A stretch of 64,000 nt of DNA, from NCBI GenBank assembly GCA_048013815.1, contig CM106586.1, positions 21,142,001 to 21,206,000 on the forward strand. The letters run 5' to 3'. Of the stretch, positions 51,901 through 62,995 are shown in pieces; position 1 is the first letter of the stretch, and the number at the start of each line of letters is the position of its first letter. The notes under the pieces were generated by a model, which searched no databases, was not told where the DNA came from, and saw only the letters and a list, made by a program, of their open reading frames with translations. The position numbers and the translations under genes are program-made. The stretch comes from Setoptus koraiensis (lineage: Eukaryota > Animalia > Arthropoda).

Positions 51901-54900
51901 CTACCAGCTAGAGCGACCAGCCAGCGCTACCAGCCAGAGCGTGCCCATAATGGGGCCCCGTTGCCCATTACGAACTGGCGCGTCAGATATATATTTTATT
52001 ATATTATTAGCCATGGGATATCCAGAGCGAAATGTGCAAAATGGGCCGCGAGATGCCACAATGATGAATAGCGCGTGTTTCGGCACACTGATCAGCGGCA
52101 GCAAGCGCCAAATCTCAGCCACTAATCTCCAATTCATTCTCGCCCCTCTCTACTTTATATCCCCCGCTCGCATTAATATTGCCCACATCGTCAAACCCGG
52201 CGAAATGTGCGAATATCCGCCAAATGCGCCAAATGCGCCCCGAATGCGCGCCACATGTATGTGTGCCGAAATTGTGACTCGGACGGCGCGATCGCTGTGC
52301 GCCTCTGGCGGATATCGACGTCGCTCGGACCGGCTCGAAACGTGTCGAACGGGGCCGAAATGTGTCGAATCGGACGCCGCAACCAAACGCAACCAAACGC
52401 GACGCAACGAAACGAAACGCAACCGAACGAAACGAATGGAAACGCGCGAAACAGACGAGGCCCACCGGCAGTCGTTCGCGCTCGAACCGCTAGACAGACT
52501 GGCTAATCTGGGCGATAATATAACGCTACCTTGCCGGATCAACAACAAAATGGGCACCGTCCAGTGGACGCGCGACGGCTTCGGCCTGGGCGACGACAAG
52601 GATTTAATTAAGTACTTTCCTAGGTATAGAACGCGCCAGGATCAGACAGAAAATGATTTCAGCCTCATCATACACAACGTACAATTGGAGGATGACGCAA
52701 TATTTCAATGTCAGGTTAGCGCCGATCCAAAGCACCAGGCGCTGCCCATAGCGTCTCGTCAGGCCAATTTAACTGTGCAAGTGCAGCCCAACAAGCCAGA
52801 GATTGTTTTAATGAGCGGCGTGCTCAATAAGGTGAGTCTTTATTCGGCACTGTCTTTATTCGGCACTGTCTTTATTCGGGGCCCCACTTCGGCCGATTGT
52901 ATCACATGGGGCACCAATGATGCCCATATGATACGATCGCCGGGCGCCCCGCGGCAGCAAGCGTCCAGCGAGCCGGAATCAGCGCAGACCAAATCAATAA
53001 TTGTATCACGTTTCTCTTTTTGCGCGCCACCTCGGTGTCCGCCGCGTCTCGCCCTCGCCCGGCCGCCTAATCTCGGCCCGTAATCTCATAATCCACTGCC
53101 ATACCGACCCACCCGACTCACTGGATCGACCGACGCGCCAACCAACACACCGCACCGACGCGCCAACCAACACACCGGACCGACCCACCCGCAAACCGAC
53201 CCGCAAACCGCACCGACCGTCGCAGCCGCCCATGAGCGTCACGGCCAACCAAACGCGCACCATAGTGCTGGACGTGAAGGCGGGCACGCACGTCGAGCTG
53301 AACTGCGCGGCCCACGGCGGAAAACCCGCGCCAGAGGTAAGTCTGCCCCAGAGCAAACGCTGACACAGTGCCCGGTGACGGACAGGTGTCAGCCCGCAAC
53401 AGAACGCAGTCTTGTGTCTTCTTCGGGTCTTCGGCCGAGCAATCGCCGGCCAGGCCGGACCGGTCCGACGCGGTCCGCCGCGGTCCGGTCCGGCGGGCCT
53501 CGCACGATGCAATGGCGCGCGATTGAATGAAGCGCGCAAGTGAAAATTAATTATTTATGAGCCGAGCGCAACTGCGCCAACTGCGCAATTACCATTATCG
53601 TTGCGGGCGTCGCCGTGACCGCAACCCGCGGCCAATCGCAACCGATCCGCGGCCAATCCGCGGCCGATCCGCGGCCAATGCGCAGCAAATCGCCAGCAAA
53701 CCGCCGCCGCACCGAAAGTCGGCCTGTCAGCGATGAATGATGATGGCGGAGGCGCCAACTACAAATTAAATTGTGTTGCGCCGGTCACATCTTCATCCAT
53801 TACAATTGGCATCTATGACGCGCCAACAATCTATCACGTCGCAACGGCAACCTGTCGTTGCTCGTTGGCGTGCGTGTGCGTGTCATACTGTTGCTCGAAT
53901 CGCATAAATTTTCGCATTTCGCGTCCGTCTTGGCGCAACTTTTGACACCTAACGCGCCATTGTGTGCGCTGTGCCACTCACTCCGGAATTGACTCGCGAG
54001 ACGGGCCGCGACTGGCCGCGGTCATGACTCACGGCTCGCCGAATGCCGGTCACAGTCGGGCCGTCGCAGTCGGGCCATCGGAGTCGGGCAACTCGGAGTT
54101 GGGCGATTTCGCACCGGCGGCCAGCGGGTTGCCGGCGGAAAATTCTCGTTGCACCGACCGCCGGATCGACGGGCCAACGACAGGAATTTGAGAGGAATTT
54201 GCGCTTGATGCGCCGCCCGCCCGGGTACCGGCCGGGCACCGGCCGCGAGCGCAGATTCCGCAAGTGCATGTACGCGCGCTCGGCGACTCGGGAGCGACCG
54301 CCAGCGAGCCGGGCCCACCTAGGGCGCGGCCGGCCGCGCGGCCGAGCTGATGCGAATATAATTGTGTCCTTGCCTGTCATTCGCCGGCTAAACGGCCATT
54401 TGGTCACGCTGTTCGGCCCGCAAATCGCAGCCTGTTTAGCCAGCGGATGGCGGCCCGATCGGCCGGGCAATCGCGGTTCGTTGCGCCTGTTGAAACAACC
54501 GGCCCGAACAGTGCAAACGATGACACTGACATCGACGTTCAAGGTCCGCCATATCGTATCGTGTTACCGGACGCGCGCACTGTCACCGGTCAGCTGCGCG
54601 GCTGTCACCGGTCAGCTGTGCGGCTGTCACTGTCAGCTGCGCGGCTGTCACAGGTTGTTGCATGTTGTTGCGGGTTGTTGCGGGTCGTTGCGGCTGTTGC
54701 GGGTTGTTGCGGGCCGTCGGCAACTTGCGACTTGTGGCGGTTTGTGGCAGCAAACTGTCTCGGTGCGCTGCGCAAATTGGCGCCCACTGACAGCGACTGG
54801 TCAGTTGCGTTCGGCACTCGCGGCCGGGCCAACAGTGACACGAATGGCCGCCGCAGTATGCTAATGGCGCTAACAGCGCTAATTTGCACCGTGTCGCCGC

Positions 54901-56636
54901 GTTGGGCCCGACGCCTAATGGGAGCCTTGGCGAGCGCAACAGGCGCACTGACGCAACAATGGTGTGACCAACATTATTGCTCGATCGCGTGCTCTCGTGC
55001 CGCTCGCAAGGTGAGCATTGTCGGTCATTGTCGGCGCCAGCAACCGGTGCTTTCGGCGGCCTGCGAAGCCAACCCGCGAATCGAGCCGCGAATCGAGCTG
55101 CGAATCGAGCCGCGAATCGAGCAATAATGCTGGCCGACGATGATAAATTATGATTCGAGCACACAAATGGGCCGTTTTGTCTGTGACCGTGATCACGCCA
55201 GTCACATGGCGGCACCTCGACCACACTCGACTCGGCACCCGGATGCCGCCATTCGCGTGGGACTTTGAAACTGGCGCCCGATCTCGCTGCGAATCTCGCA
55301 TCGGTTTATACGCATTTATGCGACGCATTTGTAACACGCAATCGTCGTTCTTTCTCACCCCCATATCACTCCATATAATAACCATAATAATCATATCAAT
55401 TATCGGTCACAGGTGAAGTGGTTCGCGGCCAGCACCGGCCAGCCCGTGGAGTTTGGCAGCGTGAGCTATGCGCGCACGCCCCTGGTGGCCAACATGAGCA
55501 AGCTGGTTAGCTCTAGCTCGAGATGGTCGTTTTTGGTGAAGCGCGACCAGCACGACAAACTGTTCACCTGCAAGTCCAGTCACCCCGTTCAGCGGGTGCC
55601 CGAGGAGCTGAGCGTGCAACTGAACGTTGTGTTCGACCCCGAGATAAACCTCACCTACGGGCCTCCGCCGGTTGCGCCCGCCGCGCCGAGCGGCGCGGCC
55701 CTGGGCGAGACCGCGCCCACACCCGGCCAACACAACAACGACACCAACTACAACCAGCAACAACCGTCAGAGGGCCAATTCGGAGTAGCCAATTACTACC
55801 AAACATCGCAGCACGCGGGCAGCCGCACGCCGCAGGTGACCGAGAATGGCAGCATCACTTTTCACTGCCAGGCCGAGTCCAATCCGCCGCCCATCGAGTA
55901 TCGCTGGTACAACGGCACCAACGGCATAGCCGGCGAAACGGGGCCCCATTACCATTTGCGTCATGTTACGCGCCAAATGGACGGTCAGGAGATCCGGTGC
56001 GGCGTGCGCAATTTAGTGGGCACCACGGCCGCCGTCATACGGCTGTCAGTGGGCTACGCGCCAAGCTTGACGCTCAACTCTGTCATTAGCCACTACTCGG
56101 CGCCACCTGCTGCCGTGTCGGCCGACACTGTGTCGACGACGGGCCCCCTAGCGCACAACAGGACAACCAACCTTCGTGCCGGCCACAAATATCCGGCCGG
56201 CGCCAACAACAACAACAGCCGGCATCATCATCACCTGTATCAGCAGCAATATCAGCAGCAGCACCAGCCGATGAGCGGCAGCAATTACAACGACAAACAC
56301 CGAAATAGATTGGTTTACAGAGTGGGCGACAACGAACAAATCAAACTGTTTTGCGACATCGACTCAAATCCGCGCCCCCAAACGATTAAATGGTTTAAGA
56401 TACACACCGACTATCACGACTTGCACGCCATATCGCCCATTGAATCCAACGAACTGATCCAGTCGGGCATGATGGGCGCCTCCATGCTGATCATGGCGCC
56501 ATCTGGCGCCCAGCCGGGCCAATCGCCGGTGGCACACTCAGGCGCGGACAACAGCAGCGCTTACGTCATCGACCAGGAGGCCATGTCCGACTCGTTGCTG
56601 CAAGAGATACAAGTCCAATATCAGTATATATCCGCT

Positions 56637-56677
<41 letters not shown>

Positions 56678-59675
56678 ACAACAACAGCAGCAGCAACAAC
56701 AGCAGCAGCCACAACAGCAGCAACAACAGCAGCAACAACAGCAACAACCAACAAGCGGCAATCAGACAACGTCGAGCGACAACAACAACAACGACGCCAG
56801 CCAAAAGCCAGTGGTGCAAATGAGAGACAACATAATCACGGTGCCCATAGGCGGACACGGCACGCACAAAATAAGGTCAGAGCTGACATTGGGGCCCGCG
56901 GACAACGCGCAGCACGTGAGCGCAAAATACATTTGCCGCGTGCAAGTTCACGGCTACAAACCTGTTGCAGTGGGCGCCTTCGTAACGCTGCGCCAGGGCC
57001 CCAAGATTTTGTCTCAGGCGCAACAATCGATGGAGATGTCGTCGCAATTGCGCGTCGAGTGTCTCGTGCGCACCAGCTCAGAGGAGCGGCATCAGTTCAC
57101 CTGGTTGCGCAACGACAAGGTAGGTTACACCATTGATGCCCATGTTAATTACATGTTAATGATCAACCTAATGAGCAACTCTCACAACGACTCTCACAAC
57201 TGTACTAACGAACTGTGTAATTAACTCAATTACCTGTGTGTCACAACTGGCGCAACCTGTCGCATGGTATCGACAACTACAGACAATAGAGGTGACGGGC
57301 AGCTCCGAGTCGGACTATTACGGGCTCGTTGACGAGCGGTCGCCCGATCAGCTGTTCGAGCGGAGCACATTGATTATAAACAAGGCCACTATGGAGGATT
57401 TCGGCGATTACCTGTGCCGTGTTGAGAACAGTCTCGGCTCGGACGAGCTCACCATTCAATTGCAAGCGATATCCCCCACCAGTGAGTAGTAAACAATTAA
57501 TCATATGTTATCGTATCGTTTGTTGTGCCATTGGGCTTCAATGGGTCTATGTTTTGACCAGTTTTGACAGCACCGTTGCCAGCTGATCGCTAATCAGCAG
57601 TGATCGCTAATCGCCAATGATCACTAATTACTAATTGGTAATTACCGTTACCGGTTTCACTTTTTGAGCCAGCCACTTGAGCGCAATAATGGCCGCTAAT
57701 GGCCGATCGATGCCCGTTGTTGGTTGTTGTTGGTTGCTGTTGTTGTTGTTGTTGCAGTGCGGTCGAACGTTGTTGGAGTGGACACAATAATTGCTAATGA
57801 TCATCTCATGGCTCGTTCACAGCGTGAGGCCACACTCACTGAATTGTCCGTTGAATGAGATTGGTCCGAATGAAACGATCGCCAATGCGCACTAATTGTG
57901 CCATCGTGCAGCTAATTGTTTGCCAAGCCGGCAAGCCGGCAAACTGACGAGCTAGCGAGCTGGCGAGCTAGCGAACTGGCGAGCTGGCAAGCGACCAGCG
58001 AGAGTGAAAGCTACAGGTGTCCGGCTCTATAGGTGGCGCGCTGTGTCAGTAGGTGGGCTTTGTGTGCGATTTAATTTTGATTTGGGCACACAACAATCTA
58101 ATTGTGTGAATGGGCAGTTTGTTTCGGCGCTGTTCGTCCACCAAATCAAATCAGCGACTCGAACGGCAACAACTCGAGCAGCGCCAACAACAGCGACAGC
58201 AACAACAACGACACCAGAAGCAACAACAACAGCGACGGCAACAACAACGACAGCAGAGGCAACAACGACGCCGAGAATCGAACAGCTGACAAGCTTGCGA
58301 TAAGAAACGAGCAAAAAGTGGAAAACGAGCGAATCGATTGATCGCGTAAGCGAAGCCAGAAATGAAGGGCCGATAACGGTAAACACAATTGACGGCTGAT
58401 TATGCACTGATTAGTTATAGGTGGTTGCATGCAATCATAATGTTGTTGCCGCTAATGCGACTGTGTGATTAATTGATTGGCTCGGATCTGATTAGACCGC
58501 ACACACACGGGCACAAGCGCCCGGCCGGAGCCACTAATCAGGCGATAGATCATCCGATTGGGCGGACGCGCACAGGGCCAAACGATAGACCACAACAGGC
58601 TCTTTCCAACGATAATCCAATGAAAATCCAGTGATAATCCAATGATAATATGATAATGAGAGAGCTCGTTGTTGTGTGGCCGGCCGGGCGCCGCCGCCAA
58701 CGACGGCGCCAACAGCGCCGGCAACAACAACAACAACAGCAACAACAACAACAACAGCGACACCAAACAAGCCCAATCAGCTAGTGATCCGCCAAAAGTG
58801 GCTGCGCAAAAGTGGTTGGCAGTGTGTCGGGCAGGGGGCGCCAACGGCCAGCTCACCGGACATCACGAGATATGACAACATCTTGCGATGCAACAGCACA
58901 TTGGCGAGACACTTATGGGCTCACGAGCGATCGCTCGGTCTGACGCTGTTGCTCTCGGGATTGCGCTCGAGATTGCGCAAGCCAATTAGCGAATCACAGC
59001 GAGCTGCTCATTACGCAACCTGTTGTAAGAGACCGCTGATTGCTCACCTGCGATCACCGGTGCCTAATTAGCATACACTGGCTTTGGGCTGCGAAACGGC
59101 GAAACGGCGAAACGTCGAAGTGGCAAAACGGCGAAGTGGCGCGAAAACTCTCGCTTGAAACTCGCGGCTACTCGCATAAATATTTTACTATATCACAATT
59201 ATAGTATGTTAATCTTGAAAATTTCTCTCTCTCCCATCTTTATCGTCCGTATTCTAATGCATATTTGTGACAGCCATTGTGCCGTTCCTCGTGATATGCC
59301 TCATTTTGGGCTCCATCATTATGATTGTCAGTGTTGCTGTCTTGTTGCTGTTGTGCAGTCCCACCATCAGTGCCCTGCAACGAAATAGCGCCAACAATAG
59401 AGCAGCCAACAGCGCAACGCCAGATATTAAATTGACTAACAGCAACAACAACAACAACAATCAGGACTCTCAACAGCGGCCAACAACAGGAAACAACAAT
59501 AACAACAAGAGCAGAAAGTGCCACTTGATCACAAGATTAATTCACGGCAATCAGGAAAAATCATCAAAATCAAATAGACAAAACAACAAATTGCATCACA
59601 CTATTATATCGCCCCCGCATCAGATGATGGCAGTTCGTCATCATGAGCAGTCGGAGCAGTTTAATCAGCACCTCC

Positions 59676-59710
<35 letters not shown>

Positions 59711-61798
59711 CTGCAACTACAAGTGGCGCCAGCGTCGCCTGGGGGCAGCATCAGTAAAGACCAAGACTCGACAGCGACCACAACAAGCGAACTGGCGGCC
59801 ACCGGAAATGGCCTTCATGGCGAACAGAGGCGATTCTCTATGATACAACAAAATTTAGAGCGCACACTCCAGTTGCAAGCGCCCTCTACCATGAGAAACC
59901 AAACCTCAAATCAGCAAGATGCAGATGAGAATTGTCGATCGAATGCAGTCACTTGTGACCATGAACAGACAGCGATTTCAAGCAACAATGACGCAACAAC
60001 AGTCAACAACAGCAGCAACAACAGCTCGTCCAATTTGGGCAAATTGTTTTCGCGCCTCATTAAATTCAAACAAACAAGCTTGAGTAGCGAGTCACTGGGT
60101 GGCGCTAGAGGCGCTGGAAAAGCTGGCAAAACAGGGACGCAAAACAACCACCACCACAACAACAACAACAACAACAGAATCAAATCATCGACAACAACAA
60201 ATGCTCAGGATACAACAAAACAAAAAGCAACCACCAACAACAACAACGCAAATTGTAGTGGCGCCAGTGGAAATAGTGTCAGCACCTCGCGCGCCAATTT
60301 ACTACAATCGAGCGACAATCAAACCGGAAACAGTGGCAGTGGCTCCAACGGGGACAACTGCAGCAGCAGCGCCGGCGCCGGCGACAGGGGGAGCCACCAC
60401 CATTTAGACGGAACGGAAGCGGCGGTTTGCATGATAGACGGCAGCGGGCAGTTTGTTGTTTCGAGCGTCAACGGCGGCCAACAGTATTATCATGGCTTGT
60501 CGGCCAGCAGTGAGCACAATTTGGCAGAATCGGCTCAATTGGGCCAAAACGGGGCCCCATCGGGCGCCCCAAATGCTCATCGGGATGCAGTCGGCGCGGC
60601 GCCGATGCACGCCGTTGATATGGGAGGCGATCAGTATCAGCTGGATGCGATGCAAACGAACGGCGCGCCCAACATGGGATATTGGCCCGGCAATCATGCG
60701 ATCAAGCAGCAGATTATGGCCGAGCATTATCAGAGGCCCAATTCGTTGCTGATGACGGCGGATCCGCAGCAGCAGCAGCATCATTACGAGGCCAACAAAA
60801 CGGCCGCGCAAATGTACATCAATCAAATGTATCACCAGCAGCAACAGCAGCACCAATATCAGCAACAATATCAAGATCTCGGCGGCTATCAGTACAGCAA
60901 CGACGGATACAACTATGACACAGGTACCAGCGCGGTGCAATACGCGGCCAAAATGATGCAATCCCAACCGCAATACGGCAACGCCGCCAGCCCGACAATG
61001 TTGGACAATGGCGGGCCGCTGGTGGTGACCAGCGGCGCTGGCGATGCCTTTTTTGAGTCCAATTACGGCACTCTAATTAGCCAATCGAGCGCCTACCGGA
61101 CGCTCGGCTACAGCAAGCCGGCAATCAATGGCGCCGGTCACAATGGGGCCCAGTTAGTCAGCAACTCGCAGCAGCAGCAGCAACAATTAGCTCAATTCAG
61201 GCCGCAAACTACAATTTTGAACAACACAACCAGATCTCAACAGCAACAGCAACAACTGCAGCAATTGTCCTCGACGTCCACCATATCCATGCTGGGTCTC
61301 GACGACACCAACGGCAACTCCATTTTGTTGCACAATGACGAGGTGTTTGTCGGCCCCAATCACCAGCCGTCGCATTTGGCCACAGCCAATAATTTTGATA
61401 ATCACAATAATCACGCTCAAATCATAACACATCATAATCATATGCCAATTAGACACAAGTCATCTTCTCATGGGGGCAGCGCCAGTTTTAGCAGCAGCAG
61501 CGCCAGTAGCTCAAATAGCTCAAACAACAATAGTGATAATAATAATTCAAACGATAATCTCTATCAGCACGACAACGCTATTACGCAAACCATCATCAAT
61601 GGCACCACAAGGTCAACAACGGCACCAACAACAACAACCACACCTAACAACAAAATGCCCGTCATGATGAATCAACCGAGAATATTCCAACACTTGCCCG
61701 TGCTCACAACAACACCATCAACAACCGCACCATCGGCGTCCATTTTTACTAAAACAACCACCTCGGACTCTATAATGCCCTTGGCCACCCATGTGTGA
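44820..61798 (+). CDS. kirre: Kirre/Roughest/Neph1-family Ig-superfamily cell adhesion protein (6 coding exons, ~1734 aa)
   Basis: Joining 44820-45105, 52455-52831, 53226-53336, 55413-57119, 57283-57481 and 59274-61798 gives 5205 nt in one frame. Intron phases are 1,0,0,0,1 and all introns are GT..AG. The protein has five Ig domains (LPC..VQWTRDG..FQC; LNC..GGKPAPEVKW..FTC; FHC..SNP..YRWY..IRC; LFC..SNP..IKWF..YIC; VEC..FTWLRND..YLCRVENSLG), a TM helix and a C-terminal THV PDZ-binding motif, all typical of Kirre/Neph1. Kirre versus roughest orthology cannot be settled from the sequence alone. Confidence 0.88.
47080..47117. repeat. Perfect 38-bp spacerless palindrome (kirre intron 1)
   Basis: CAAAGATCGCGCGCCCCAA|TTGGGGCGCGCGATCTTTG. 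Confidence 0.95.
49192..49244. repeat. Perfect 22-bp stem / 9-nt loop hairpin (kirre intron 1)
   Basis: CATTGGTTCATGGATAGTTGGC-gcatcgata-GCCAACTATCCATGAACCAATG. Confidence 0.93.
52119..52454 (+). other. Intron 1 3' end: candidate distant branch point, polypyrimidine tract and 334-nt AG-exclusion zone
   Basis: CACTAAT at 52120-52126, pyrimidine tract at 52127-52169, and no AG dinucleotide from 52119 to 52452. Confidence 0.7.
52455..52831 (+). CDS. kirre: kirre-like exon 2: Ig1 domain
   Basis: QSFALEPLDRLANLGDNITLPCRINNKMGTVQWTRDGFGLG...FSLIIHNVQLEDDAIFQCQVS is the characteristic nephrin/Neph N-terminal Ig domain. Boundaries are acag| and AAG|gtgagt. Confidence 0.93.
53226..53336 (+). CDS. 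kirre: kirre-like exon 3: first half of Ig2
   Basis: VKAGTHVELNCAAHGGKPAPE; boundaries cgcag| and GAG|gtaagt, phase 0 at both ends. Confidence 0.9.
55413..57119 (+). CDS. kirre: kirre-like exon 4: Ig2 second half, Ig3, Ig4, start of Ig5, with low-complexity insertions
   Basis: Starts cacag|GTGAAGTGG (VKW continuing GKPAPE), keeps one open frame with the Ig Cys/Trp motifs, and ends AAG|gtaggt. Confidence 0.92.
56637..56747 (+). repeat. Coding CAG/CAA repeat (Q24-P-Q12) inside Ig4
   Basis: In-frame polyglutamine within exon 4. Confidence 0.95.
57283..57481 (+). CDS. kirre: kirre-like exon 5: end of Ig5
   Basis: STLIINKATMEDFGDYLCRVENSLGSDELTIQL carries the Ig F-strand DxGxYxC motif. Boundaries are ctacag| and A|gtgagt. 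Confidence 0.92.
59274..61798 (+). CDS. kirre: kirre-like exon 6: TM helix and ~810-aa cytoplasmic tail ending LATHV
   Basis: gacag| acceptor in phase 1; TM helix IVPFLVICLILGSIIMIVSVAVLLLLC; Q/N/S-rich tail ending ...SIMPLATHV-stop (TGA 61796-61798). Confidence 0.9.
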
Positions 61799-62778
61799 TG
61801 CTGTTGGCTCATCTAGTTATTTGTTTGCCACTCATCAAGCTAACCAACTAATTAATTGATGCAAATATCTGTCGATGATATAACAACGTCGTTGTTGTCG
61901 TTGGTAGTGCAACTATATCAAGTGTTGCTAATGTTAATTAGCACTAATGACGCAATGCTGCGACAAATGTCGTCAAATTTGTCATGTTTCATGTCATCTG
62001 TCACCATGTCCAAACATTATGAGAAATTATCATTGCCAATTGGGCCAATTGGGAATTTTGCTTGTTTGCTTGCCACTACTACAACTAGCTGATTGTCGCT
62101 ACAACTACTAGCTCATCATGCCCAAACAAGATCTCTCCGTCTCATTGGACGTCTCATTGGGAGTCTCGTTGGACGTCTCATTGGGTGTCTCATTGAATCA
62201 ATTACCAGATATCAATTATTACATACCAAGCACAAACAACAGCAAAACGCCTGTCCTATCCCAAACAAAGTGAGAATCGCCATAAACAGCACAGATTTAT
62301 TTTATATTACTCGCCGCTGCTCATCACAAACCCTGTTACAGCTCACAACCAGTAACCTGTTACGTGTTGTATATATAATTATTATGTAATATGTAATATT
62401 TAATATAAAATTATTATGTATAGTATCATTGTTGTTACCAATAATAAGCTCGGCCTGCTATTCAGTTCTGTCAGTTCGAATATTGGACAATTTTTTTAAG
62501 AGAAACTTTTTTTCAACTTTTTCATCATTGTTCCTGAAGCGAACAAAGTTATTATTTGTAACGATTTGTAATTGTAATAATTGATTGTTGTTATTAATAT
62601 TATTATTATTGATTTCGCAAACGATGCCATTCGACGCGATTCACAGTAAACATAGACAAACACACATTTCGAAACTCATCAACAATCTTCTGCCCTCACA
62701 ACTGTCGTTGCGCAATCAGTTTTGACAGTTTTTTACTAGTGTGTTCAGTTTTTTGCATCGCTGTTGACATTAATTAAA

Positions 62779-62927
62779 TCATAATTTTTGGCCAGACGAG
62801 AGCGATTCTCTTCCCAATGATCGAGTCAATTTTTTAGCCGGCTCACACTGATTCCATATGGCCATTTGACGCGAATACTCAACTGTGCCCGTGGAATTCT
62901 GTGCCTTGATTCTCATTTTGATGCTCG
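62779..62927 (-). CDS. Possible second exon of the Cys-rich secreted protein
   Basis: A minus-strand TTCTAAT branch-like motif, T-rich tract and CAG acceptor (62930-62928) are present. Joining from the GTAAGT donor at 63069 (phase 1) keeps the frame open for 49 more aa (144 aa total). Confidence 0.4.
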
Positions 62928-62995
62928 CTGATATCAACACAGCAGGAAAAAATATAAAAAAATGAAATATAAAAATTAGAAAATCGTTTATCGTG

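Noticed and set aside
51494-52454. 5' part of the 529-aa ORF 51494-53083
   Set aside because: It has no domain content and lies upstream of the acceptor at 52454. It is intronic read-through that stays open partly because AG-free sequence cannot contain TAG.
57120-57224. C-terminal tail of ORF 55413-57224
   Set aside because: It follows the AAG|GTAGGT donor, and Ig5 continues in the exon at 57283.
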